Made by a program: the position numbers and the translations under genes
Notes under the pieces: generated by a model
The model's database searches: none
The model's input: only the letters and a program-made list of their open reading frames with translations
Told to the model about the DNA's origin: nothing
DNA from: a virus
Reading direction: 5' to 3' (one strand)
Virus record (IMG/VR): IMGVR_UViG_3300031949_000008
Coordinates: 1-64,000 of that record
Length of the DNA: 64,000 nucleotides
Part shown: positions 20,246 to 28,949 of the stretch, piece after piece
How positions within the stretch are numbered: position 1 is the stretch's first letter
Layout of the letters: every line of letters begins with the position of its first letter

Positions 20246-20631
20246 AAAAATTATTAGTAGTTATTAGTTTGGTTTTTGCATTAGTGATACCAGTATTTGC
20301 TGATGAGTTAAGAGCTCCTTTTACTAAAATCAAAGAACTTGTAGCAGCTAAAGGTGTTAATGTTACTGATAGTATAAAAGCTATTGAATTTCAAATCACT
20401 GATGAGAATATAAGTATGATTTCTATTATGACATCCAATAAAGGTAATGTTGGAATCATTATCATAAATAAAAATAAGACGGCTGCACAGCTTGTTGCAT
20501 TTGATGCAGAAATGAAGGTATACTTTGTCAATAATTTTGATGGTAACGATCCTAGAATAGTTATACAAGAAGATGCAATAGCATGGGCTTTTAATATATT
20601 TAGAATACTAGTGACACAGGAGTTAATTTGA
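20242..20631 (+). CDS. Secreted hypothetical protein
   Basis: MKK-hydrophobic-VFA signal peptide. Confidence 0.65.
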   Translation: MKKLLVVISLVFALVIPVFADELRAPFTKIKELVAAKGVNVTDSIKAIEFQITDENISMISIMTSNKGNVGIIIINKNKTAAQLVAFDAEMKVYFVNNFDGNDPRIVIQEDAIAWAFNIFRILVTQELI

Positions 20632-20822
20632 TGATCCACAATTTTATTGTTGATCAATGTAATGGTTGTACTCATATAAAAGAGGGATATTGCAGTAGAT
20701 ATATTTATCCAGATAAGCAATTTTCAAGAATTGGAGGATGTGCAGCCAAGCCACATATTGAAAAAGTGACTGAAAAGAAATTACTTAATCCTATTAAGGC
20801 GAGCAAACGAGGAGGTAATTAA
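20628..20822 (+). CDS. PxxKW-family-like cysteine-rich protein
   Basis: IVDQCNGC...YC..Y..P.K..., GC...H, C-terminal NPIKASKR. Confidence 0.7.
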   Translation: MMIHNFIVDQCNGCTHIKEGYCSRYIYPDKQFSRIGGCAAKPHIEKVTEKKLLNPIKASKRGGN

Positions 20823-20823
20823 T

Positions 20824-21126
20824 ATGCCTTTTGTAACAAAACATCGACGAGAAATAATAGATAAAAAAGGACTGATGGCTTTAGATAAGATAGAACCAGG
20901 TGATAGATGCTATTATTATTATAGGGATATGGTGAAAAGATGGAAAGCAAACCCTAGATGGACTACTGCACATGAAATTTATATGGGTATGCAATCTTAT
21001 TTTCGTAATGTATATCATGTGGGTGATAATGATAGAGCAGCATATGAATTAGCTTGGCAGATTTTCTTTATATGGTATGTAGTGCCTTATGAGAGAGAAG
21101 CTGAAACCAAGAATGGGACAATATGA
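20824..21126 (+). CDS. Conserved phage protein (DUF6899-like)
   Basis: MPF start, PGD..Y, C-terminal PYE...KNG. Confidence 0.5.
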   Translation: MPFVTKHRREIIDKKGLMALDKIEPGDRCYYYYRDMVKRWKANPRWTTAHEIYMGMQSYFRNVYHVGDNDRAAYELAWQIFFIWYVVPYEREAETKNGTI

Positions 21127-21246
21127 TTGAATTTACATATCTTATTCAGCCACCAAAACGTTATACATTATGATTTTATTGGTCTAGTGGAACAAAAATG
21201 TGTATGATCAAAAATTCAAACACCTAAAACAGGAGATATTTTCAAA

Positions 21247-21681
21247 ATGTTAAAATTATATTTAGCACATCCAGTAACAATGCGTAAGGAGATCAGGCAA
21301 TTAGAATTAGAAATTGAGAAACAGACAGGTATAGAATTGATTAATCCGTTCTATGATACAGAAAGAGATGATATAGAAAAAATTGATTCTGGTCAAATTA
21401 CAAGAGAATCAGCATCTCTAAATCCTGGAAATATTGTAGGAAAAGATTTAGGTCAGATTACTATGACAGATGGAGTAGTTGCATATCTTACTAAAGAAAC
21501 GCATCAGATAGGAACGATATGTGAGATTTGGTATTGTTCTCAGCAAGCACATAAACCAATATATGTAGTTTCAACTGATTGTTTAATGCATCCTTGGGTG
21601 AGATTTATGGTTGAGTCTTCGGGTGGTAAAGGTTTTAATAAATGGGAAGAATTTATTGGATGGGTGGAGGATAATATATGA
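21247..21681 (+). CDS. Nucleoside 2-deoxyribosyltransferase/dNMP N-glycosidase family
   Basis: YLAHP, INPF, D..Q, GTICEI motifs. Confidence 0.75.
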   Translation: MLKLYLAHPVTMRKEIRQLELEIEKQTGIELINPFYDTERDDIEKIDSGQITRESASLNPGNIVGKDLGQITMTDGVVAYLTKETHQIGTICEIWYCSQQAHKPIYVVSTDCLMHPWVRFMVESSGGKGFNKWEEFIGWVEDNI

Positions 21682-21905
21682 TAGGGTGGATTTTTGCTGG
21701 AATATCTATTATAGGATGTTTATTAAACATTAATAAAATTATATGGTGTTGGTTAGTTTGGACAGTAGCTTCTATTGGCATGACTATTATTAATTATAAT
21801 GCTGGTCGATGGGATCAGATGACGGCTTGGGGAGTTTATATACCTATGAATATTTATGGTTACTATCAGTGGAGGAAAGATGAACATAGGATGGGAAACA
21901 CTTGA
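21678..21905 (+). CDS. Short PnuC-like membrane transporter
   Basis: Three TM helices; WLVW and NIYGYYQW. Confidence 0.65.
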   Translation: MIGWIFAGISIIGCLLNINKIIWCWLVWTVASIGMTIINYNAGRWDQMTAWGVYIPMNIYGYYQWRKDEHRMGNT

Positions 21906-22014
21906 ATGGTTATTTACAAATATTGTACCTTGGGTAATGCTTTTTTGTATATTCATGATTATAGTAACTAGTATTTGGCAAGCTCAGTGGAATGAAAAAG
22001 GAGGAAAGATGAAC
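21871..22014 (+). repeat. 15-bp direct repeat GGAGGAAAGATGAAC (21871-21885 and 22000-22014)
   Basis: Exact repeat read from the sequence; each copy is an RBS plus ATG. Confidence 0.8.
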
Positions 22015-22476
22015 GAAACAAATGAAGGCAAGAAAAATGATACTGGAAAACTACGCTGGGATCTTCTTCCAGAGCGTCCAATGGAAGAAGTTGTATATGT
22101 ATACACTATAGGAGCAAATAAATATACTAGTAACAATTGGAGAACAGGTATTAAATGGGGTCGGATATTTGCAGCTATGATGCGGCATGCGTGGGCTTTT
22201 TGGAGAGGAGAAGATCGAGATAAAGAAGATGGGCAGTTGCATTTAGCGTCTGTAGTATGGTGCGCTTTAACACTTATGGAGTATAGTAAAACTCATCCAG
22301 AATTAGATGATCGAGTAAAGGAGAGAGAGGAGAAGGAAAAGAAAGTGGACTGGTTAGATTTTAGTACTGACTGTGGTTTTAGTGGATGTAGAGCTATTAC
22401 ACATCAAGTAAATCATGCATTTTGTAGAAAGCATCAGAAATATTATGAGAATAAAGGAGAGTATAAAGATGTTTAA
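22009..22476 (+). CDS. dATP/dGTP diphosphohydrolase domain (DUF5664) protein
   Basis: KNDTGKLRWDLLP, GANKY..NW, AMMRH, HLAS; possible in-frame upstream start at 21880. Confidence 0.85.
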   Translation: MNETNEGKKNDTGKLRWDLLPERPMEEVVYVYTIGANKYTSNNWRTGIKWGRIFAAMMRHAWAFWRGEDRDKEDGQLHLASVVWCALTLMEYSKTHPELDDRVKEREEKEKKVDWLDFSTDCGFSGCRAITHQVNHAFCRKHQKYYENKGEYKDV

Positions 22477-22714
22477 TCATAAGAGAATTAGAGCACTTGA
22501 AGAAAGAATAAATTATATGCAACATGCAATAGATACTTTAGATTCTAAAATAGATCAAAGTACAAGGCTAACAATACCACAAACAAGCCAACTAGGCAAC
22601 TGGGCATTAACAATACCTATTTATAAACTTGTACAAATGATATTAATATATCTTAATCTTGAATATAAAACTTGTACAACTACAGAAGTGCTTGTAAAGA
22701 AGGAGGAGAAGTAA
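22469..22714 (+). CDS. Hypothetical protein
   Basis: Internal ATG (MFNHK) of track ORF 22415..22714, after an AAGGAG RBS. Confidence 0.5.
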   Translation: MFNHKRIRALEERINYMQHAIDTLDSKIDQSTRLTIPQTSQLGNWALTIPIYKLVQMILIYLNLEYKTCTTTEVLVKKEEK

Positions 22715-23073
22715 TGCCAATATTTAATTATTTATGTACAGATTGTAATGATAACTTTGAAGTTCTTGTAATGACTCAACAAACTGGATTTGAAGAACCA
22801 ACAAAATGTCCGACATGTAAATCAACTAATATTAATAAAATGATAAGTGCACCAGCAGTTATTAGTATGGATGGTAAAAATGTTCTAAGAAATCTGCCTG
22901 ATCCTCATCCACCATTACAGGAACTTAGAGGAAAGAATAAGCCTGGATGTACGGGAGGTTATGAAGATCTGCCTGAGTTTAAGCCAACAGAACGTGTTAA
23001 AACAAAAAGTGGCAACACTGAATGGCGTGAGAAAAAGAAGCAATTTCATGATTTAGGTAAGAAATCTGTATAA
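22714..23073 (+). CDS. FmdB-family zinc-ribbon protein
   Basis: MPIFNYLCTDC..FE...CPTC. Confidence 0.8.
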   Translation: MPIFNYLCTDCNDNFEVLVMTQQTGFEEPTKCPTCKSTNINKMISAPAVISMDGKNVLRNLPDPHPPLQELRGKNKPGCTGGYEDLPEFKPTERVKTKSGNTEWREKKKQFHDLGKKSV

Positions 23074-23077
23074 TTTA

Positions 23078-23110
23078 TGTCACAAATTACTGAAAAAAGC
23101 TATTTATATA
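23078..23110 (+). promoter_or_regulatory. Phage promoter motif TGTCACA-N15-CTATTTATATA
   Basis: Exact motif and spacing; heads the recombination gene block. Confidence 0.75.
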
Positions 23111-23113
23111 AGT

Positions 23114-23635
23114 ATGGGAACAAGAATTTGTCATAATTGTAGGAAAAATCCAGTAGATGGTATTAAGAGTATTAGTCGTTGTACTAAATGCTTTAATTTA
23201 TTACAGAAAAAGAATAAACCAAAATATACAGCTATTTCATTATGTCATCCAGACAAGAAACATGAAGCCCATGGATTATGTAAAAATTGTTATCAAATAA
23301 TGATTTATCATACAAATGAAATATCTAAAGCTAGAACTAAAATAAATGCGTATTACAGTCAACTCAGACGATCTTATGGACTTTCAAAGGATGATTATTG
23401 GATGCTATGGGCAGAACAAGGAGGAATGTGTGCTATATGTGGTAAATCTGATATTAAATTATCAGTTGATCATGATCATAAAACAGGAAAAATAAGAGGA
23501 TTATTGTGTCAACCATGTAATTTGATTTTAGGACATGTAGAAAAATATAATAATATAGATTATTTTTTAACTAATGTAAATAAATATCTAAATACAAAGG
23601 AGAATTTTTATGGCAGAATTGAAATATACGACTGA
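23114..23635 (+). CDS. Endonuclease VII-family homing endonuclease
   Basis: QGGMCAIC...VDHDH..GKIRGLLCQPCN. Confidence 0.85.
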   Translation: MGTRICHNCRKNPVDGIKSISRCTKCFNLLQKKNKPKYTAISLCHPDKKHEAHGLCKNCYQIMIYHTNEISKARTKINAYYSQLRRSYGLSKDDYWMLWAEQGGMCAICGKSDIKLSVDHDHKTGKIRGLLCQPCNLILGHVEKYNNIDYFLTNVNKYLNTKENFYGRIEIYD

Positions 23636-24134
23636 AGAAAAGTTGAAAGATGAACTAGCAATCAATGATGCAGATCTTAATATAGAATTAAAAGAGCAGT
23701 CTACACGTTTTTTTTATTGGGGAACATTGTGGGCTAAAGCACTTCGTGCTGAGCGTCAGCAGAAACTTCTTGTAGAACAGATAGAAGCAGAACTATCAAA
23801 AGATTTTCGACAAAAAATGTTAGAAACTGATCCAGCTCTTAGAATTACTGAAAAAATGTTACGTGAATTTATAAATGGGCATCCTAAATATCAAGAAGAA
23901 CAGAAAGTATTAATTGATAAAGGATATTATGCAGATATTTTGAGCGTAGCAAAGACCGCATTTGAATCTCGTGGTAGGATGTTACTGGAGATGTCTAGAC
24001 AGATTGGTGAAAATAAATTCTATGAACGAGAGTTCATCAATATGAAAGCTGAATTTGAAAGACGTGAAGAAGCTGGTGCTAAAAAGCGAGCGCAGAAACA
24101 GGAGAAAAAAGTTGCTGAATCAACAGAAAGTTAA
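23610..24134 (+). CDS. UvsY-like recombination mediator
   Basis: Helical protein with ELAIN..DL, ITEK, AFESRG.ML pattern; next to SSB. Confidence 0.55.
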   Translation: MAELKYTTEEKLKDELAINDADLNIELKEQSTRFFYWGTLWAKALRAERQQKLLVEQIEAELSKDFRQKMLETDPALRITEKMLREFINGHPKYQEEQKVLIDKGYYADILSVAKTAFESRGRMLLEMSRQIGENKFYEREFINMKAEFERREEAGAKKRAQKQEKKVAESTES

Positions 24135-24290
24135 TAATGAAATATTTATCTGTAATGTTTGTCAAAAGATGTATAATTTAGAAGAAGCGATACGTGCCAA
24201 AGGTAATCATTTTTGTTGTTCAATGGAATGTATATTAACATACCAAGAATTATGGGATCAGCCAATAAAAGAAGCAAATAGGAGAAAATA

Positions 24291-25319
24291 ATGCCAGATA
24301 ATTATTTAGAAGAGATGAAAAAGTTTTATGAGACTACTCTAAAAAATAGCAATCAGAAGGGAGACGGGAAAGGGATTCTGTGTCCTAATCAGTTTTCAAC
24401 ACAGAAAGAGAAACCTTGTAAGTTATGTGAAATTTGTAAAGAGATTCTGATTAACAGAGATACACCAAGGAATGATCCACTCAAGGAGAAAGCCAGAGTA
24501 GTTAATGCCAAGAAGAAATATTATAGTAATATCTTAATGTTATCAAATCCTTCAGAAGTTATTGTGTTAGAATATGGAGAGAAGATCTTTAATCAGCTTA
24601 TTGCAGGACAGATGGATGATTTAAGTGAATGGAAGAATTTTATGCATCCAGCTCAAGGAAGGAATCTCTATATAACTAAAGTAAAGGTCGGGACAGAGAA
24701 ATGGGAAGTTGATTATAAAGTAGAGCCACGCATGTCGATATCAGCCTTACCAGATCCTTCAGTCTTAACTCGGCTATATGATATCACTAATATAGTGGCT
24801 TTGATAGAATCAGGAAAAGTAAGTCCCGTCTATCAATCTAAATTTGATTTTTCTAAAACAGAGGTGAGATTCCTTCCTTCTGGTGATCGAACAAAACCGT
24901 TATTGTTTTTTAAGCAGGTTGCATGGCATTACAAGATCACAAAAGAGGAGTTTGAAGCAGTTCAAAAAGGTAACTATAATCCCGTAACTGGATTATATAC
25001 AAGTGTAACACCAGAAACTGCTCGTGCAGTAAGAAATACTACCCCTATATCAAATATTACTAAGCCAGTCACATCTGAAGATCTATTAGCTGAATGGGGG
25101 GTAGATGAATCTACAGAAAATACATCTATAGATTTACCAGAAACAGAAGATAAATTTCAGGTTGAGGAAGATGTAGAACCAATGTGCTATGGGCAATATG
25201 ACAAGGATAATAAGACATGTATAGGAACCTGTACCAATGATGGATGGGCTGAGTCCTGTAAAAAGATCTATGCAGAGAAGCTAGCTTTACGTGCTCGTGC
25301 AAAGAGGATAAGTAAATGA
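24291..25319 (+). CDS. Single-stranded DNA-binding protein (gp32-like)
   Basis: CP...CKLC, YYSNI, G.KIF, GRNL.ITK, acidic tail; context. Confidence 0.65.
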   Translation: MPDNYLEEMKKFYETTLKNSNQKGDGKGILCPNQFSTQKEKPCKLCEICKEILINRDTPRNDPLKEKARVVNAKKKYYSNILMLSNPSEVIVLEYGEKIFNQLIAGQMDDLSEWKNFMHPAQGRNLYITKVKVGTEKWEVDYKVEPRMSISALPDPSVLTRLYDITNIVALIESGKVSPVYQSKFDFSKTEVRFLPSGDRTKPLLFFKQVAWHYKITKEEFEAVQKGNYNPVTGLYTSVTPETARAVRNTTPISNITKPVTSEDLLAEWGVDESTENTSIDLPETEDKFQVEEDVEPMCYGQYDKDNKTCIGTCTNDGWAESCKKIYAEKLALRARAKRISK

Positions 25320-25555
25320 CCGATCTTGACAAATTAATTATAGATAGAATAATAGATGAATATAATTATGCTTCTGAAGTAGAGAAGCCGTTTAACTCAG
25401 CACATGAAGCGTATGCAGTTATATTAGAAGAGCTAGATGAATTATGGGATGAGATCAAATTGAAAAGGGAGAATAGAGATAGGATATTGATGGAAGATGA
25501 AGCTATACAAATCGCAGCAATGGCCATGCGTTTTATTGTTGATGTATGTCGTTAA
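25316..25555 (+). CDS. MazG-like all-alpha NTP pyrophosphatase family protein
   Basis: HEAYAVILEELDELW...EAIQIAAMA. Confidence 0.6.
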   Translation: MTDLDKLIIDRIIDEYNYASEVEKPFNSAHEAYAVILEELDELWDEIKLKRENRDRILMEDEAIQIAAMAMRFIVDVCR

Positions 25556-25731
25556 TCCTATTCTAAATGATTGGAGGATAGAATGTTTTTATGTTACAAA
25601 TGTTATGAATCTTTAGGTTATGATCTGAAGTTATGGAACTATATTAAATGTGATGATACCATAACAAAACAATGTGATAAGTGTGAGATGAATGGTGTTT
25701 ATGTAAGAGATGTAAAGGAGATGAAATAAGT

Positions 25732-26187
25732 TTGCCTTATAAAGATCCAAATATAAGAAAAATGTATTATCAAACAATCAATAAAATACGTGGCTATAAA
25801 AAATGTAATAATCTTGAATGTGCTAATCAATGCCGCAAAACTAGCAAATCAGGATTATGTTTTGATTGTTATAGAAAATCAACAAGACGAACAAAGACTA
25901 TAGCACACGATGGATATAAACTCATCTTAGTAAAAGATGATAATACTCGTATAAACCGTAGAAATAAATATGGCGAGCATTATGCGTATGAGCATGTATT
26001 AATAGCAGAAAAGGTTTTAGGTAGATATTTAAAGAAAGGAGAATGTACTCACCATATTAATGGGAATACAGCAGATAATAGAAATTGTAATTTATTAATC
26101 TGCAGTTTCGGTTATCATAGATGGTTACATCATAAAATGTCAGATTTATATATGAAAAAATTTTTTAGAGAGGATACTAAAATATGA
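25732..26187 (+). CDS. HNH homing endonuclease
   Basis: YEHVLIAEK.LGR.L...HHING..DNR..NL. Confidence 0.85.
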   Translation: MPYKDPNIRKMYYQTINKIRGYKKCNNLECANQCRKTSKSGLCFDCYRKSTRRTKTIAHDGYKLILVKDDNTRINRRNKYGEHYAYEHVLIAEKVLGRYLKKGECTHHINGNTADNRNCNLLICSFGYHRWLHHKMSDLYMKKFFREDTKI

Positions 26188-26840
26188 ATTTAGCTAATAT
26201 GAAGAAATCAGAAATACTAAAGAGAAGTGCTTGGAAATGTAAACATAGCATGACAGGTTTAACGCATCCTGCATGTTGGGACAGTGCTCACGGAGATACA
26301 GAGCGAATTGGATTTTTGGATATTGAAGCATCTAATTTAAATGCTGATTTTGGTATTATACTGACATACTGTATTAAAGTTGCTGGTAATGAAAAGATTT
26401 ACCAGCGAACAGTTAATACCAAAGATTTACGGACTGTTCTGGATAAGAATGTGGTAAAACAATGTATTACAGATATGGCTCATTTTGATCGTATTGTTAC
26501 ATATTATGGTAGTCGTTTTGATATACCATTTATCAGGACACGTGCAATTACATTAGGAATACCATTTCCTGAATATGGATCATTACTACATAATGATGCA
26601 TATTTTATGGCCAGAGGTCGATTGAATATGAGTTCAAAACGATTAGAGAATGTATGTAGAGTCTTATTTGGTAAAACTGAAAAGACTAGGATTGATTCAC
26701 AGCATTGGATCAAAGCATTGATGGGAGATGCTGCTGCATTAGCATATATTGAAGACCATTGCCAGAAAGATGTTATAGAATTAGAGCGAGTATATAATAC
26801 CATGCTAGGATTTACTCAAAGGAGAGATACTTCAGTCTAA
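26184..26840 (+). CDS. RNase H-like (DEDD) exonuclease
   Basis: FLDIE, YYGSRFDIPF, HCQKDV. Confidence 0.8.
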   Translation: MNLANMKKSEILKRSAWKCKHSMTGLTHPACWDSAHGDTERIGFLDIEASNLNADFGIILTYCIKVAGNEKIYQRTVNTKDLRTVLDKNVVKQCITDMAHFDRIVTYYGSRFDIPFIRTRAITLGIPFPEYGSLLHNDAYFMARGRLNMSSKRLENVCRVLFGKTEKTRIDSQHWIKALMGDAAALAYIEDHCQKDVIELERVYNTMLGFTQRRDTSV

Positions 26841-27011
26841 TGACTAAAGCATTACCAGATCTTGATAAAGAGCATCTTTTCTATTCAGACAAAGCTGATA
26901 AAGAATGGAAATATAGACAGAAATTATGTGAAGCTGAAGAGAAGATGCTTGTTATAGAGAATAGACTACGTTATAAAAATCGAAATAAGAAAGAGAAATC
27001 GGAGGATATTA

Positions 27012-27407
27012 ATGCCTGATGAAGAGTTTCAAGATATCGTATTAAATGGTAAACAATTAAATAATATTCGTAAAAATGTAGTACGTGATAGGATTGATGG
27101 AACATCAATAAAAGTAGGTGGATTTAAATTTTCTATTGGCCATAGAGCCAGATTACTTGAACGATTTCAGGTAACTGGGCAGACCGATTTTTTTAATGAT
27201 TCTATTCTGATAGATTCCAATCTAACTGAAGGAAATACATTGGCTACTCTATGGCATGAAATCTTAGAATGTGTAAATAGAAAATATCACGTGGATATGC
27301 CTCACGATTTATTGGAGACATTAGAAGAAACACTATTTCAGGTTTTAATAGATAATCCTAAGTTTTTGGAAGAATTGATTAAATATAGTAAAAAGTATAA
27401 TGACTAA
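27012..27407 (+). CDS. Putative zincin-like protein (HEILE)
   Basis: GQTDF...TLWHEILE. Confidence 0.5.
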   Translation: MPDEEFQDIVLNGKQLNNIRKNVVRDRIDGTSIKVGGFKFSIGHRARLLERFQVTGQTDFFNDSILIDSNLTEGNTLATLWHEILECVNRKYHVDMPHDLLETLEETLFQVLIDNPKFLEELIKYSKKYND

Positions 27408-27774
27408 AGAACAGAAAGAGATCCGACGATTAAAGAATAAATGTTGGAGAATACTATCCAAACTAATCAGGAAGCAAACAGATAATAAATGTCAGCTATG
27501 TGGCAGTACAAAATATCTTAATGTACATCACTTAGAAGATGCTAGATTAAATCCAGAATTATTCTTTGAAAAAATGAATCTCGTTGTACTTTGTGCTCGT
27601 TGTCATAAATTTGGCAAAAATAGTTTTCATAGAAGTTTTTCTACTGCATATCTTTATATGCAAAAGAATTATCCAAAAATAGCAGCAGATCTTATGGTAC
27701 TAAAACATACTTCTAAATTTATCTTCACTAAAGAATATTTAGAAAATATATTAGAAACAATAAAGGAGAAATAA
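27400..27774 (+). CDS. HNH/NinG-like nuclease
   Basis: CQLCG...NVHH...NLVVLCARCH. Confidence 0.75.
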   Translation: MTKEQKEIRRLKNKCWRILSKLIRKQTDNKCQLCGSTKYLNVHHLEDARLNPELFFEKMNLVVLCARCHKFGKNSFHRSFSTAYLYMQKNYPKIAADLMVLKHTSKFIFTKEYLENILETIKEK

Positions 27775-27775
27775 T

Positions 27776-27988
27776 ATGGCAGATACATTATTAGGAATAC
27801 CACCTACATCAACAGGCTCAGAACAAAAACGAAGAACAATGAATATTAAAGAATGTGATAATGGTTATATACTTCGATGCGATATTTTTGGCACCACACA
27901 GTATTCATCTACTGAATTAGTTGTGACTTCTTTACCTCAATTACTCAAAAAAGTTAAAACATTTTTTGAAGCTGAGATTGAGGAATAA
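27776..27988 (+). CDS. Hypothetical protein
   Basis: AAGGAG RBS; ORF track. Confidence 0.55.
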   Translation: MADTLLGIPPTSTGSEQKRRTMNIKECDNGYILRCDIFGTTQYSSTELVVTSLPQLLKKVKTFFEAEIEE

Positions 27989-28374
27989 TGAATCCAAAAG
28001 ATTGGTTTAAATTAAAATCTAAACAAGATGAAGTGATTCATGTACATGCAAATACTCCGCCAGGAACAGTTATTTTTGTTGATGATCTTAATCAACAAGT
28101 TATAGTTGAAGAACCAACTCCTGACATATCTAAAGTATATCTTCCTCCATGTCCTGCTCAACTTATGTTAGTATGCATATGTAATCAATGTAAACATGTA
28201 CAAAATTGTCCTATGGAAAAAATGTGTAAAATGGAAGATTGTAATGCATTTATTAGGGCTTGTCAGAATTATACTAATGAGCAAGATAAATCTATGGAAG
28301 ATAAACGAATTATATTTAAATCGGGAGGATCTTGGGACGGGACCACATTCTGTTTTAAATCAAAGGAAAAATAA
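27988..28374 (+). CDS. Cys-rich hypothetical protein
   Basis: ORF track; GAGG RBS. Confidence 0.55.
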   Translation: MNPKDWFKLKSKQDEVIHVHANTPPGTVIFVDDLNQQVIVEEPTPDISKVYLPPCPAQLMLVCICNQCKHVQNCPMEKMCKMEDCNAFIRACQNYTNEQDKSMEDKRIIFKSGGSWDGTTFCFKSKEK

Positions 28375-28531
28375 TGGGAACTGGAACTTTAGCATATTGT
28401 CATAAATGTCATAAAGAACTTGAAGAATATAAACTAAATTCTGAAACTGGTATGTGTTATGAATGTGATGAAGGAATAGATGATAATGTTGATAATGGAT
28501 TTCCTCCAGAAGATATATAAAGGATAAAGAA

Positions 28532-28894
28532 CTGTCTAAAATAATTGGTATAGTAGGAACACGTAGAAGAGATTCAGAAGAAGATTTTGAAAAAGTAAAA
28601 GAAAAGTTTCTTGAAATCTATGAATCTGGAGATACTATATGTTCTGGTTTATGTCCAAAGGGTGCTGATAGATTTGCTGTACTTTTGGCTACACAATATA
28701 AAACTAAAACTATTTGGTATCCTGCCGATTGGAATCAATATGGTAAAGCTGCTGGTTTTATAAGAAATACATATATTGCCAGAGATTCTGATGTCTTAAT
28801 CGCATGTGTCGCCGATGATAGAATAGGTGGAACAGAAGACACTATACGAAAATATTTGAAAACTGGTAAAACTAATTTAATAATAATAGAATAA
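28532..28894 (+). CDS. SLOG/YspA (DUF2493)-family protein; probable CTG start
   Basis: Frame extends upstream to KIIGIVGTR...SGLCPKGAD; PADW..YGKAAGFIRN, GGT. Confidence 0.8.
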   Translation: MSKIIGIVGTRRRDSEEDFEKVKEKFLEIYESGDTICSGLCPKGADRFAVLLATQYKTKTIWYPADWNQYGKAAGFIRNTYIARDSDVLIACVADDRIGGTEDTIRKYLKTGKTNLIIIE

Positions 28895-28949
28895 AGGATA
28901 AATAATGCCATATAAAGATCATGAAAAACAATTACAATAAGGAGAGTAC

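Noticed and set aside
2581-27988. Many ORFs end in Glu-Glu (e.g. LEE, CEE, WEE, QEE, IEE), suggesting a C-terminal tag
   Set aside because: Explained by the overlapping RBS of the next gene (GAGGAA-TAA).
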